The notes under the pieces were generated by a model that saw only the letters and a list, made by a program, of their open reading frames with translations, had not been told where the DNA came from and ran no database searches. The translations under genes and the position numbers were made by a program. DNA of 58,426 nucleotides from a virus (lineage: Duplodnaviria; Caudoviricetes), in the IMG/VR virus record IMGVR_UViG_3300011114_000309, positions 1 through 58,426 of that record. One strand, given 5' to 3'. This document shows positions 16,577 through 24,822 of this stretch, in pieces (the stretch's first letter is position 1; each line of letters begins with the position of its first letter).

Positions 16577-17420
16577 GTAACCCCTGTTTCCACCCCTCAC
16601 GGAAGGCATCCACGATGTAAACGTCGTTGAGAGGGATCTTGTTAAAGTGACTGTAGGCGGTCCAGAAATGTGATCGACTAACCACCCGCTTTGCACAATT
16701 CTGAGTGGCTCTGTCATAGGCATAGTAAAAGGCTTGTTCACAGGCATCAAGAAGTTCTTTGCCAGGTTTCTTTCTTGCCACAAAAATATGCCAAGCGGCA
16801 GAACGTTTACTGGAAAACGTGTCTATATCAAGGCATGACATTAACTTGTCTTTACGATCTCTAAGTTTGATTAGTCCTTTATGTTCAATCTGCCTAACTC
16901 TTTCCCTTGTCACATCAAAGGCTCGACCAACTTCTTCTAAGTTGTGTTCTTTGGAGCCGTCCATGCCGTAACGCATCTTGATGATCTTCGCTTCCTTTGG
17001 CGACAAAGTATGTAAGACCTCGTGGACTTTCTCTTGGATTTCTTTTTTGTGAACCATGTCCTCGAGGGATAAGGTCTCTTCGTCACCGCCGTAGGTGAGA
17101 ACGGACATCTGATGTTTATCCAACAAGACCTGGCCTTTGTTGGTGGTCAAGGTATTCCAGAGTTGTTCTTCGGACCAAAGATCTTCAGGTAAAGCACAGA
17201 AGTAATCTAATAACTTTTGTGCGGTGGCTGTGAACGTACCGTCTTGTTTCAGCGGCGCTTCTTTTAAGGTTATTAATCGGTGAATGGACTGCATGTGAAC
17301 GCCGATGTCTCGAGAGAACTCAGCAATTGATTTAAACCCAGCATTTTCTATGGCACTTAGCAGTAGATTGTTTTTTATTTTTAGTTCTACGCGGTATTCT
17401 TTCATGGTTTCTCCTTCCAT
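16560..17420 (-). CDS. HTH plus sigma70 region 4 fusion transcription regulator
   Basis: LSPKEAKIIKMRYG...NLEEVGRAFDVTRERVRQIEHKGLIKLR matches RpoD region 4.2; N-terminal SIAEFSRDIGVHMQSIHRL HTH. Confidence 0.85.
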   Translation of the reverse strand: MEGETMKEYRVELKIKNNLLLSAIENAGFKSIAEFSRDIGVHMQSIHRLITLKEAPLKQDGTFTATAQKLLDYFCALPEDLWSEEQLWNTLTTNKGQVLLDKHQMSVLTYGGDEETLSLEDMVHKKEIQEKVHEVLHTLSPKEAKIIKMRYGMDGSKEHNLEEVGRAFDVTRERVRQIEHKGLIKLRDRKDKLMSCLDIDTFSSKRSAAWHIFVARKKPGKELLDACEQAFYYAYDRATQNCAKRVVSRSHFWTAYSHFNKIPLNDVYIVDAFREGWKQGLHDVKN

Positions 17421-17653
17421 GCTGCTTCAAACCCTTTAAGCCAAGCCTTCTCCCAGGCGATACACCACAGGTCATAAGACCCATCAAGTGGAAACTTGAA
17501 ATCTTCCTTGCCTTTCATCATGGCTTTAACATCTTTGCGCTTGATGAATGCCTCCCAAGCTTTGTCTCTGTCAGGGTTAACAAGGGGTACGTCGTCAAAC
17601 AGTCCTTTCTTACTGCCTTTACTTTTCTGGTGCATGTTGTGATCGCCACTCAT
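17402..17653 (-). CDS. Hypothetical protein
   Basis: Probable start MSGDHNMHQK overlapping the stop of the upstream gene. Confidence 0.55.
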   Translation of the reverse strand: MSGDHNMHQKSKGSKKGLFDDVPLVNPDRDKAWEAFIKRKDVKAMMKGKEDFKFPLDGSYDLWCIAWEKAWLKGFEAAWKEKP

Positions 17654-17886
17654 TGCTTTCCCCTTGCTCGCGTCCGTAGCCGTAGCGTCTGCACTGCACT
17701 GTCCTTGCTTCGTTGCCCTCTGTATACCGTTCCGTCCCCGTAGCAATTACCACCATCGACAAGTGCTTGGCGCAGTTCGTCAATTTCTTCCTGCATCCGC
17801 GCTTGGATCATCGACTCGCTAATCATGCCCATCTGATGATCGGGATGCTCCTCGCATCTTTCGTTCCAAGTCTTAATGTGTTTCAT
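17650..17886 (-). CDS. Small modular-array protein
   Basis: LRQALVD module and RARGKQ end; ATGA-coupled. Confidence 0.6.
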   Translation of the reverse strand: MKHIKTWNERCEEHPDHQMGMISESMIQARMQEEIDELRQALVDGGNCYGDGTVYRGQRSKDSAVQTLRLRTRARGKQ

Positions 17887-18161
17887 TTATTTCCCCTTGC
17901 TCGTATGGCGCCTTCGCTGTAGTCGGGACGAACCCACTCGCTTTTTGCCACGGCGATGCAGTCGTTCGAATCCAGCATGTAATCGCCTTCGGTGACGCAG
18001 TAATCGTCTTCCTCTTTGATCGCCTTGCAGATGCGATCAAGCTCGGCGGCAGCAACAAGGGCAGCGAAGCGTTCGAGCTGCCCTTCCCAGCAGGTCCAAC
18101 CAAGCCCGTGCTTGGCGATGCCAGCCTTCCGCGCCAGCTTAATAATTTCCTCGTGGGTCAT
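17883..18161 (-). CDS. Small modular-array protein (LERFAALVAA...AIRARG)
   Basis: Paralogous to neighbours; probable start MTHEEIIKLAR. Confidence 0.65.
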   Translation of the reverse strand: MTHEEIIKLARKAGIAKHGLGWTCWEGQLERFAALVAAAELDRICKAIKEEDDYCVTEGDYMLDSNDCIAVAKSEWVRPDYSEGAIRARGNK

Positions 18162-18421
18162 GTGTTTCCCCTTGCTCGTATAGCTTTCTTGCAATCCTCG
18201 GCATCAGGTTTGTTTCTGTAAGCCTCGTCCTCGTCTTCAAATTCTTGATTGCACCAGTCATGAAACATCTGGTCACACAACCTTGCACATGACTCGCGTT
18301 CATGCGCGGCAACAAGGGCAGCGAAACGTTCAAGGTCTTCAACGTGTGCCGTTGTGACAAAGTAGGAGAAATGCGACATGCCCGACTCCAGCGCCATGCG
18401 GATTATTTCTTCTCTGTTCAT
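18158..18421 (-). CDS. Small modular-array protein (LERFAALVAA...AIRARG)
   Basis: Probable start MNREEIIRMA; ERESCARLC motif. Confidence 0.65.
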   Translation of the reverse strand: MNREEIIRMALESGMSHFSYFVTTAHVEDLERFAALVAAHERESCARLCDQMFHDWCNQEFEDEDEAYRNKPDAEDCKKAIRARGNT

Positions 18422-18654
18422 TTGTTTCCCCTTGCTCGTATGGCGGCGGCGCAGTCTTTTCCATGCTTGTACCACTCAGGTCCACCATTAAATACATTCA
18501 ATGCCGGATGCACCCCAAGCCCCTCACACACCTTCGCACACGCCTCACACTCGGCAGCAGCAATGATGGTGGCGAACTCTGCGAGTGACTCTGCGGTAAA
18601 AGCATAAATGCCGTACTCGTTCCTCGCCATGCGGATGATGTCTTCTCTATCCAT
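18418..18654 (-). CDS. Small modular-array protein
   Basis: MDREDIIRMAR...ECEACAKVC...DCAAAIRARGNK. Confidence 0.65.
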   Translation of the reverse strand: MDREDIIRMARNEYGIYAFTAESLAEFATIIAAAECEACAKVCEGLGVHPALNVFNGGPEWYKHGKDCAAAIRARGNK

Positions 18655-19102
18655 GATTCTTCTCCTTCAAGGCTTGCTCAATGGCTTTTGCAAAGGCAAG
18701 CACACCATAATTCTTACCACCATCGTAGAGATTTGTATCTGCCAGCTCAAACACAGCATCATCCGTCAGTGAAACCCATTCACGCTTTGGGATTACTTTT
18801 TCATGGTACGTCTGATCGTTCATTACTGCCATAGCAAGTGACACGCAGGTTTGGCATGGTGCGGTGTAGAGAGGTGTCCATCGCTCAGGATGACGGCCAA
18901 TATCTGCTGGTATGTGCGTGATGACATTATTCGTAATAAAGTTGTGCATCCACGCCACCGGCTCTTGCTCTGTCTCTAATGCTTCGTGCAACCGGCGCAG
19001 TTCGACGGCTGATTCCCTGCCCGTGCTATTGCTTATTCGTCCTTGCACAAACTCAGCGTCCAGCGCATCAGCCAGCCGCAGGGCTTTGGGTTGTGTGCTC
19101 AT
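18647..19102 (-). CDS. Small modular-array protein (EPVAW...PLYTA...KREWV)
   Basis: Shares DNA modules with 19099-19521. Confidence 0.65.
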   Translation of the reverse strand: MSTQPKALRLADALDAEFVQGRISNSTGRESAVELRRLHEALETEQEPVAWMHNFITNNVITHIPADIGRHPERWTPLYTAPCQTCVSLAMAVMNDQTYHEKVIPKREWVSLTDDAVFELADTNLYDGGKNYGVLAFAKAIEQALKEKNHG

Positions 19103-19521
19103 GCGTTCTTCTCCCGCAGCTTGGCTTCGATGTATCGGGCAAACCTCACACCGTCCTCATTCAAGAAAAGTGCTTCCATGTCCTCCTCCGTCAGCCCAAC
19201 CCATTCACGCTTTGGTGATGCGGTGTAGAGGGGTATGTCATCTGGATTGGGGCCGATCAGGTTGCCTTCTTCGTCAAATTTTGATGATTGATACCACCAA
19301 AGTTCGCCTTTGCCCCCATCGGTAATCCACGCCACCGGCTCATGGTCAGTTTTCACCATTTCATCGACACGTTTTTGCGATGTGTCGTCGGCATCGACAA
19401 GTGCTTGGCGCAGGATGGCGATGGCTTCAGCGTAGTAATTTTCATCGCCCGTTTCCATCAACATCTGTGCGCTTGCATCCTCCAGCACCTCTATCGCTTC
19501 TTCAATATCTTCCCTGCTCAT
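19099..19521 (-). CDS. Small modular-array protein (EPVAW...PLYTA...KREWV)
   Basis: Shares modules with 18647-19102 and 17650-17886. Confidence 0.65.
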   Translation of the reverse strand: MSREDIEEAIEVLEDASAQMLMETGDENYYAEAIAILRQALVDADDTSQKRVDEMVKTDHEPVAWITDGGKGELWWYQSSKFDEEGNLIGPNPDDIPLYTASPKREWVGLTEEDMEALFLNEDGVRFARYIEAKLREKNA

Positions 19522-19745
19522 GTGTTTTTCCTTTTGATTGCTGCCTCTAGTGCTCTAGCAACATCAAGCCAACCGCCACCTTCAAGAACGTCATCAATTG
19601 CATCAAATACTTCTTTATCTGTCAGCGCAACCCATTGCTTGGCTGGTTTGCTTGAAATACAAGTGACTGTATAGGCTCTGCCACACTGACAACCCCAAGC
19701 TACAGGCCCGTCTGCGGATGACCTTGCGTTTTTGTTTTCACTCAT
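19518..19745 (-). CDS. Small modular-array protein
   Basis: PVAW, QWVALTD, ARALEAAIKRKN modules. Confidence 0.6.
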   Translation of the reverse strand: MSENKNARSSADGPVAWGCQCGRAYTVTCISSKPAKQWVALTDKEVFDAIDDVLEGGGWLDVARALEAAIKRKNT

Positions 19746-19747
19746 AT

Positions 19748-19891
19748 TCACCACCACTTTTGAGGTTCAAGAAATAAAGCAGCACAGACTGCTGCCATCG
19801 CAAACCACCCACCTGCTGCCATTGCCATGGATATACCAAGGCCAAGCAACGCAAACATGCGGAACCACATATCAAATTCGCTTAACTTCAT
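19748..19891 (-). CDS. Small membrane protein, 47 aa (not in ORF track)
   Basis: GGGAG RBS; MKLSEFDMWFRMFALLGLGISMAMAAGGWFAMAAVCAALFLEPQKWW; fills the operon gap. Confidence 0.6.
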   Translation of the reverse strand: MKLSEFDMWFRMFALLGLGISMAMAAGGWFAMAAVCAALFLEPQKWW

Positions 19892-20199
19892 TTCTCCCTC
19901 GCTTTCAGCATGGCGTCTGCCATTGCATATGATTGCTCGGCAAGATCTTCAAATCCCCAATCTTCAAATTCTTCCCAAACCTCAAACATTTGTTGCAGAG
20001 CCTTGGCTGCAAAGTAATCACGAAGTGGCGTGTCGTTCTGAGGTTGGCAGCAATGTCCGCACCGAGGGCATTCAAATTGCTGTGACGCTTTCCTCAATCG
20101 ACTTACATGACCTTTGTTATAGCCAGTCTGTTGCGCGATATCTTTGATCGTAAGTGAAGGATCTTTGACCAACTCACGAACCTTTGTGTAACGGTTCAT
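19888..20199 (-). CDS. HTH-containing small protein
   Basis: LTIKDIAQQTGYNKGHVSRLR HTH, CPRC knuckle, LRDYFAAKAL module. Confidence 0.65.
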   Translation of the reverse strand: MNRYTKVRELVKDPSLTIKDIAQQTGYNKGHVSRLRKASQQFECPRCGHCCQPQNDTPLRDYFAAKALQQMFEVWEEFEDWGFEDLAEQSYAMADAMLKAREK

Positions 20200-20501
20200 G
20201 TCCTTGCTCCTAAACCAAACGGGTTATGCCAATTCATTGGCACTTTTGGTTTACGTGCTTGATAGGTTTTATGTTCTTCTTTGACTTCGTAGTAATTCAC
20301 GATGGTCTTTTTCCAAGGGATGGTTTGCTCTTTAAACCCTTTTGATTTCACAACCATATCGTCTGCTGCCATTTCATCTAACAGTTGACCGGCTCGCTTC
20401 GCTGTGAAGTCAAACTTCTCGCCAATGGTCCAAGCATTCACAGGATTCTTTAACTTCTTTAGATAGTCAAAGATCATTTGCTTTCTTTTTTCTTTATTCA
20501 T
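20196..20501 (-). CDS. Putative winged-helix protein
   Basis: IFDYLKKLKNPVNAWTIGEKFDFT pattern; C-terminal WHNPFGL; start uncertain. Confidence 0.5.
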   Translation of the reverse strand: MNKEKRKQMIFDYLKKLKNPVNAWTIGEKFDFTAKRAGQLLDEMAADDMVVKSKGFKEQTIPWKKTIVNYYEVKEEHKTYQARKPKVPMNWHNPFGLGART

Positions 20502-20730
20502 CTTTACTTGTTTCATTAGCTTTCTCCTTTGCAAGCTTAGAAGCGTCAGCCATTGATAACCCTTCTGGAATATCTTCCAACTCAGAAGTCTTGACCCAAC
20601 GTCCTACATAAGTAAGACCGCCAACGTCTTCAGTATGAACAGCAAGAATGCCAAACCGTTTTGACATGACAAACTTCATTGATCCACCAGGTATGGCAAA
20701 CAGTACATCGTTTAATTTGTTTTTGTTCAT
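20494..20730 (-). CDS. Hypothetical protein
   Basis: ATGA-coupled ORF in the operon. Confidence 0.6.
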   Translation of the reverse strand: MNKNKLNDVLFAIPGGSMKFVMSKRFGILAVHTEDVGGLTYVGRWVKTSELEDIPEGLSMADASKLAKEKANETSKDE

Positions 20731-21014
20731 GACCGTCCCTCGTAATCAATCTCTACCGTCTCAGCAAAACCAAAGACCCTGCCGTTATCTTCTGCATACT
20801 TAATATCTATATTCCTAGCCACCTCATACAGGGTTTTATATCCCTGAGTTTTAAAGATGTGGTCTTCCAACATCTGTACGGCGGGCAGGTATTTAGAACT
20901 CTGACGATCAGCTTCTTGTTTCCATTCTTGAATTTGTTTTTCTTGCTGTTGAATTAATTTGTCCTGTTGTTCTATTAACAGTTCGTACGCCTGAATTAGT
21001 AAATGATTTTTCAT
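20727..21014 (-). CDS. Hypothetical coiled-coil protein
   Basis: CAGGAG RBS; Gln-rich helix. Confidence 0.65.
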   Translation of the reverse strand: MKNHLLIQAYELLIEQQDKLIQQQEKQIQEWKQEADRQSSKYLPAVQMLEDHIFKTQGYKTLYEVARNIDIKYAEDNGRVFGFAETVEIDYEGRS

Positions 21015-21348
21015 GTTGTATCTCCTGATTCAATATTGATTGTTCCCGTTCCATCTTTTTTCTAAGCTTCTGTTTGAATTTGTATCTCCTTGCTATTTCA
21101 GTTCTAGTTAGCTTAAATCGTGGCTTGTCTTCACCAACCCCAAGGGTGTAGATCTTTGTTGCGTCTGCACCTCTTTTATTCTTCACCCAACCCGAGATAT
21201 GCACCGCACCAACATCATGTAAAGCGCGAAGATAAGACTGTGCGGTCACAATATGCAGGCCTGTTTCTGCACAAATGTTTTGAGCTGTACACCCATCAAA
21301 CAACATCTTGATCATCCTGGCATACAGCCGTTCGTTCATCTTGATCAT
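20908..21348 (-). CDS. Putative winged-helix DNA-binding protein
   Basis: TAQNICAETGLHIVTAQSYLRALH...VHISGW pattern. Confidence 0.6.
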   Translation of the reverse strand: MIKMNERLYARMIKMLFDGCTAQNICAETGLHIVTAQSYLRALHDVGAVHISGWVKNKRGADATKIYTLGVGEDKPRFKLTRTEIARRYKFKQKLRKKMEREQSILNQEIQHEKSFTNSGVRTVNRTTGQINSTARKTNSRMETRS

Positions 21349-21611
21349 GCTTGGTCATTACCCCACAGCTTCCACTCTTCACCGTCTTTGACAATCTTCT
21401 TTGTATCTTCGATTGCAGCGTCATAACCGGCGCGGAATGCTCTGCCATAAGAGGATCTGGAGAACATGAACTTGTTGGCCTTGATGTCAATCTTCAGTTC
21501 TTCGTACCACTTGGCCCATGCGTCGTAGGCGGGATGAGATTCTGCTGGGCAGGCCTTCCCTTTGGTGCATTCACCGTGACATGGAGGACAGCTAGAAGGG
21601 TTCATTGTCAC
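21345..21611 (-). CDS. Hypothetical protein with N-terminal CPPC Cys motif
   Basis: CPPCHGECTKGKACP. Confidence 0.6.
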   Translation of the reverse strand: MTMNPSSCPPCHGECTKGKACPAESHPAYDAWAKWYEELKIDIKANKFMFSRSSYGRAFRAGYDAAIEDTKKIVKDGEEWKLWGNDQA

Positions 21612-21765
21612 CAGCCTTTGTGCGTACTAACAAGGTAGCCATGCGTGACTCAGCGATAGCCTCTAGTCCACACTCAATGGCCTCTTCAAAGTTCTTGTCC
21701 TCACACAGGTTGTGCATCTTTTTCAGTGCGTTGATTGCTCTCATGATGTGTATCGCGTGATCCAT
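21592..21765 (-). CDS. Hypothetical 57-aa protein (not in ORF track)
   Basis: GAGGA RBS; MDHAIHIMRAINALKKMHNLCED... Confidence 0.55.
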   Translation of the reverse strand: MDHAIHIMRAINALKKMHNLCEDKNFEEAIECGLEAIAESRMATLLVRTKAGDNEPF

Positions 21766-21937
21766 AGTTCCTCACTTTAAATTCAATGGCTCGGGCAAAA
21801 GCGTATAAGAAGTTGTCTGCGGTAAGTGAATTGGGTATGTCGTCCATACAGGCTCGGATGTCTGCATCACTGATGCGAGCAGGACATAGACGACCTTGGT
21901 TACAAGTTTGATTACACGGCGGACAGGTCTTCATCAT
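21701..21937 (-). CDS. Hypothetical protein with N-terminal CPPC Cys motif
   Basis: CPPCNQTCNQGRLCP plus FARAIE module. Confidence 0.55.
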   Translation of the reverse strand: MMKTCPPCNQTCNQGRLCPARISDADIRACMDDIPNSLTADNFLYAFARAIEFKVRNYGSRDTHHESNQRTEKDAQPV

Positions 21938-22085
21938 GTCTTCTCAGAAATGACGGTTGCTGAGGGAAGTGGCACATCAGTTCAGACACTTCTGTCAGTG
22001 CATCCCATTCCTCTAAAACAATCATCAAGTGCATGTAATCTACAAGGATCTGCTTCTGCACATCCTGGTTCGTATAGTCTTTCAT
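21912..22085 (-). CDS. Hypothetical 57-aa protein, first gene of leftward operon 2 (not in ORF track)
   Basis: ACAGGAG RBS; MKDYTNQDVQKQILVDYMHL... Confidence 0.6.
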   Translation of the reverse strand: MKDYTNQDVQKQILVDYMHLMIVLEEWDALTEVSELMCHFPQQPSFLRRHDEDLSAV

Positions 22086-22114
22086 TTCATCTCCTGTCTG
22101 TTAGGTTAGACTCT

Positions 22115-22153
22115 AATATACCAGTTGACTTTGGTAAACGCAAGTGGTAATCT
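22115..22153. promoter_or_regulatory. Overlapping divergent sigma70 promoters
   Basis: Minus: TTGCGT-N17-TATATT (22143 to 22115). Plus: TTGACT-N17-TAATCT (22125 to 22153). Both have TGn extensions. Confidence 0.75.
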
Positions 22154-22184
22154 GACTACTCTTTCATACTTTTATGGAGTCGAA

Positions 22185-22331
22185 ATGGATCAGGCAAGGA
22201 AGATTTTTGAGACGATGTTGACTGCTTCGGGCAGGTCAGCACCGGTGTGGGACGGGAGGAAGTACACAACCAAGAACGTGCAAACCTACTGGCGCTGGTT
22301 CTGGCTGGGTTATTCGATGAGTGGCAAATGA
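22185..22331 (+). CDS. Hypothetical 48-aa protein
   Basis: GGAG RBS; MDQARKIFE...YWRWFWLG. Confidence 0.6.
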   Translation: MDQARKIFETMLTASGRSAPVWDGRKYTTKNVQTYWRWFWLGYSMSGK

Positions 22332-23083
22332 CAGCTATCAATATCGACATCATCAATATCGGAGCAGGGACTCAGTCTCGAGCCGAGATCAACGAGCAGG
22401 TAGTCAGCGAGTACGCCGAAGCGATGGACCACGGGTCTATCTTCCCACCTGTCCAGTTGTATTCAGACGGCGTTAATTATTATTTGGTTGATGGGTTCCA
22501 CCGGTATCACGCGCATCGTCGGCTTAAGAAGAAGGCGATCAACGCTGATGTTCTTCAGGGGACTCTGCGGGATGCGATCCTTCATTCGCTCGGGGCCAAT
22601 GCTTTGCATGGACTTCGGAGGACGAACGAGGACAAGCGCAAGGCTGTCATCACGATGTTGGAAGACATTGAATGGCAGGACTGGGCTGACAACGAGATAG
22701 CTAGGAACTGCAAGGTGTCAGCTCCTCTGGTAGCCAAGCTACGCAAGGAGATGGGTGCGGCTAGGACGACGAGAAAGTTCAACACCAAGACCGGCAAGAC
22801 ATCTGAGATCAAGGTTGAACCTCCGAAGGAGGAAGAGTTCAATCCAGAGAAGGACGCTGTTGACGATCTACTGGCAGAGAATGAATCGTTGAAGGATCAG
22901 CTAGCCGTAGCGAAGATGGGGACTACACCGGATGCATCGATGGCGCAGGAGACCATTGAATCCTTACGGGAGGAAATTAGACTCTTGAAGATTGAGAATG
23001 AAGCACTTCGTATATCTCGAGACACGTTTCAAAACGAGAACGCACAGTTGAAGAAACAAGTAGCCATGTTGCAGAAGAAATGA
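22328..23083 (+). CDS. ParB/Srx-like N-terminal domain protein with HTH and coiled coil
   Basis: FPPVQL...YYLVDGFHRYHA, NALHGLRRT, DNEIARNCKVS. Confidence 0.85.
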   Translation: MTAINIDIINIGAGTQSRAEINEQVVSEYAEAMDHGSIFPPVQLYSDGVNYYLVDGFHRYHAHRRLKKKAINADVLQGTLRDAILHSLGANALHGLRRTNEDKRKAVITMLEDIEWQDWADNEIARNCKVSAPLVAKLRKEMGAARTTRKFNTKTGKTSEIKVEPPKEEEFNPEKDAVDDLLAENESLKDQLAVAKMGTTPDASMAQETIESLREEIRLLKIENEALRISRDTFQNENAQLKKQVAMLQKK

Positions 23084-23313
23084 AGATCAACGCACGTAAA
23101 GCCATGACAATGGCTATTCAATCCTTGGAACTTTGGAAGAGGACACATGCCTTAGATTGGGAGCAGCATGATGAAGACGCACTTCAAGCATTGCGAGAGA
23201 GTTTGCATTTATGTGAAACGCCGATTCCGGAGGATCGTATGCGACTCCTTGCATTGGATTACAAAGGTTGGCGTTTAGTCAGGGCAACAGAGAAGGAACA
23301 CGGTATCTACTAA
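23080..23313 (+). CDS. Hypothetical protein
   Basis: ATGA-coupled ORF. Confidence 0.6.
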   Translation: MKINARKAMTMAIQSLELWKRTHALDWEQHDEDALQALRESLHLCETPIPEDRMRLLALDYKGWRLVRATEKEHGIY

Positions 23314-23349
23314 CCCACGCCGAGGGGTGTCTCGGCAGGAGAAACGAAC

Positions 23350-24822
23350 ATGGAGTTGAAACTTCGACCTTATCAACTGGAAGCTTTGGAGCAACTGCGA
23401 CAGGGTTTTGCAGCAGGGAAACGAAAACAAGTTTTAGTTAGTCCCACCGGATCTGGAAAGACTGAGATGGCGATAGCTTTGCTGAACGCCACAAAACAAA
23501 AGGGCAACAAAGCAGCGATGATCCTTGACCGGATCATTCTCTGCGACCAAACCAGTAAACGACTCGATAGGTACAACATCGACCACGGTGTGTTGCAGGC
23601 CAAACACTGGCGTTGGAGGCCGTACGAAAACATCCAAGTTTGTTCGGCACAGACGTTGGAGAAGCGAGGATCGTTTCCTGGTCTTAACCTTTTGATCGTT
23701 GATGAGGCGCATACAACACGCCAACAGACGATGGACTTTATCAAGAACAATCCAGATGTCAGGGTGATTGGTTTGACTGCAACCCCTTTCACAAAAGGTC
23801 TTGGTTCGGTGTATGAGCATGTTGTATCCACGGTCACGACCAAGGAACTGGTCAATCAGGGAGTGCTTGTACCGCTGAAGGTCTTTGTGGCGAAAGAGAT
23901 CGACATGACCGGCGCAAAGAAGGTGGCCGGTGAGTGGTCATCAGGCGAAGCCGAGAAGCGTGGGATGGTCATCACTGGAGATATTGTTGCTGAATGGATT
24001 AAGAAGACTCATGAAATATTTGGTAAGCCAGAGAAGACTATTGTCTTTTGTTCTGGTGTAGCGCATGGAGCAGACCTTGCTCGGAAGTTCGCAGAGCAGG
24101 GATACAACTTCGTAGCCGTTTCGTATCTGGACGATGACAAGTTCAAACAAGAAGTGATTACGGAGTTCAGCAAACCGGACACCGAGATACATGGACTGAT
24201 CGCAACGGACATCTTGACCAAGGGTTTTGATGTACCGGATGTGAAGATCGGCGTAAGCGCCAGGCCATTTAGTAAATCATTATCCTCACACATCCAACAG
24301 ATGGGCCGTGTGATGCGTGGAGCCACGGGTAAGGATTTTGCCTTGTGGCTTGATCATTCGGGCAACTACGTTCGTTTTAGGGACGAATGGGAGGAAGTAT
24401 TCGAGGCCGGTGTTCAGGAGTTGGACGACGGCAAGGAGAAGGCTAAGAAAGAACCAAGCCAGAAGGAAAAAGAAGCCAGTAAATGTCCTGTCTGCTCGGC
24501 GTTATGGCCTAAAGGTTCGGATACGTGTGCGAACTGTGGTCATGTGAGGGAGAGGAAGAACAAGGTAGCTTCGGTGGCAGGAGAGCTGACCGAGTTGGGT
24601 GCGATGTCTAGGGAGAACAAGCAGGACTTCTGGAGTCAACTTCGGTGGAAGGTGATGTATGACGGTTGGCGGGAGGGTCGAGCAGCACACACCTACAAGG
24701 ATAAGTTTGGAGTATGGCCTCGAGGCCTGGACGATAAGACCGTTAAACAACCGACTTCTGAGACAGAACGGTTTATAAAACAACGGCTAAGACATTTCTT
24801 ATACAAGAGCAGGAAGATCTAA
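23350..24822 (+). CDS. Superfamily 2 DExH helicase (YejH/RadD-like) with Zn finger
   Basis: LRPYQ, PTGSGKT, DEAH, TAT, QQMGRVMR, CPVC...CANC. Confidence 0.95.
   Translation: MELKLRPYQLEALEQLRQGFAAGKRKQVLVSPTGSGKTEMAIALLNATKQKGNKAAMILDRIILCDQTSKRLDRYNIDHGVLQAKHWRWRPYENIQVCSAQTLEKRGSFPGLNLLIVDEAHTTRQQTMDFIKNNPDVRVIGLTATPFTKGLGSVYEHVVSTVTTKELVNQGVLVPLKVFVAKEIDMTGAKKVAGEWSSGEAEKRGMVITGDIVAEWIKKTHEIFGKPEKTIVFCSGVAHGADLARKFAEQGYNFVAVSYLDDDKFKQEVITEFSKPDTEIHGLIATDILTKGFDVPDVKIGVSARPFSKSLSSHIQQMGRVMRGATGKDFALWLDHSGNYVRFRDEWEEVFEAGVQELDDGKEKAKKEPSQKEKEASKCPVCSALWPKGSDTCANCGHVRERKNKVASVAGELTELGAMSRENKQDFWSQLRWKVMYDGWREGRAAHTYKDKFGVWPRGLDDKTVKQPTSETERFIKQRLRHFLYKSRKI

Noticed and set aside
17650-18440. 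Four spaced direct repeats resembling a CRISPR array
   Set aside because: Repeats are only ~14-20 bp, spacing is 230-280 bp, they encode protein ends and RBSs, and there is no cas operon.
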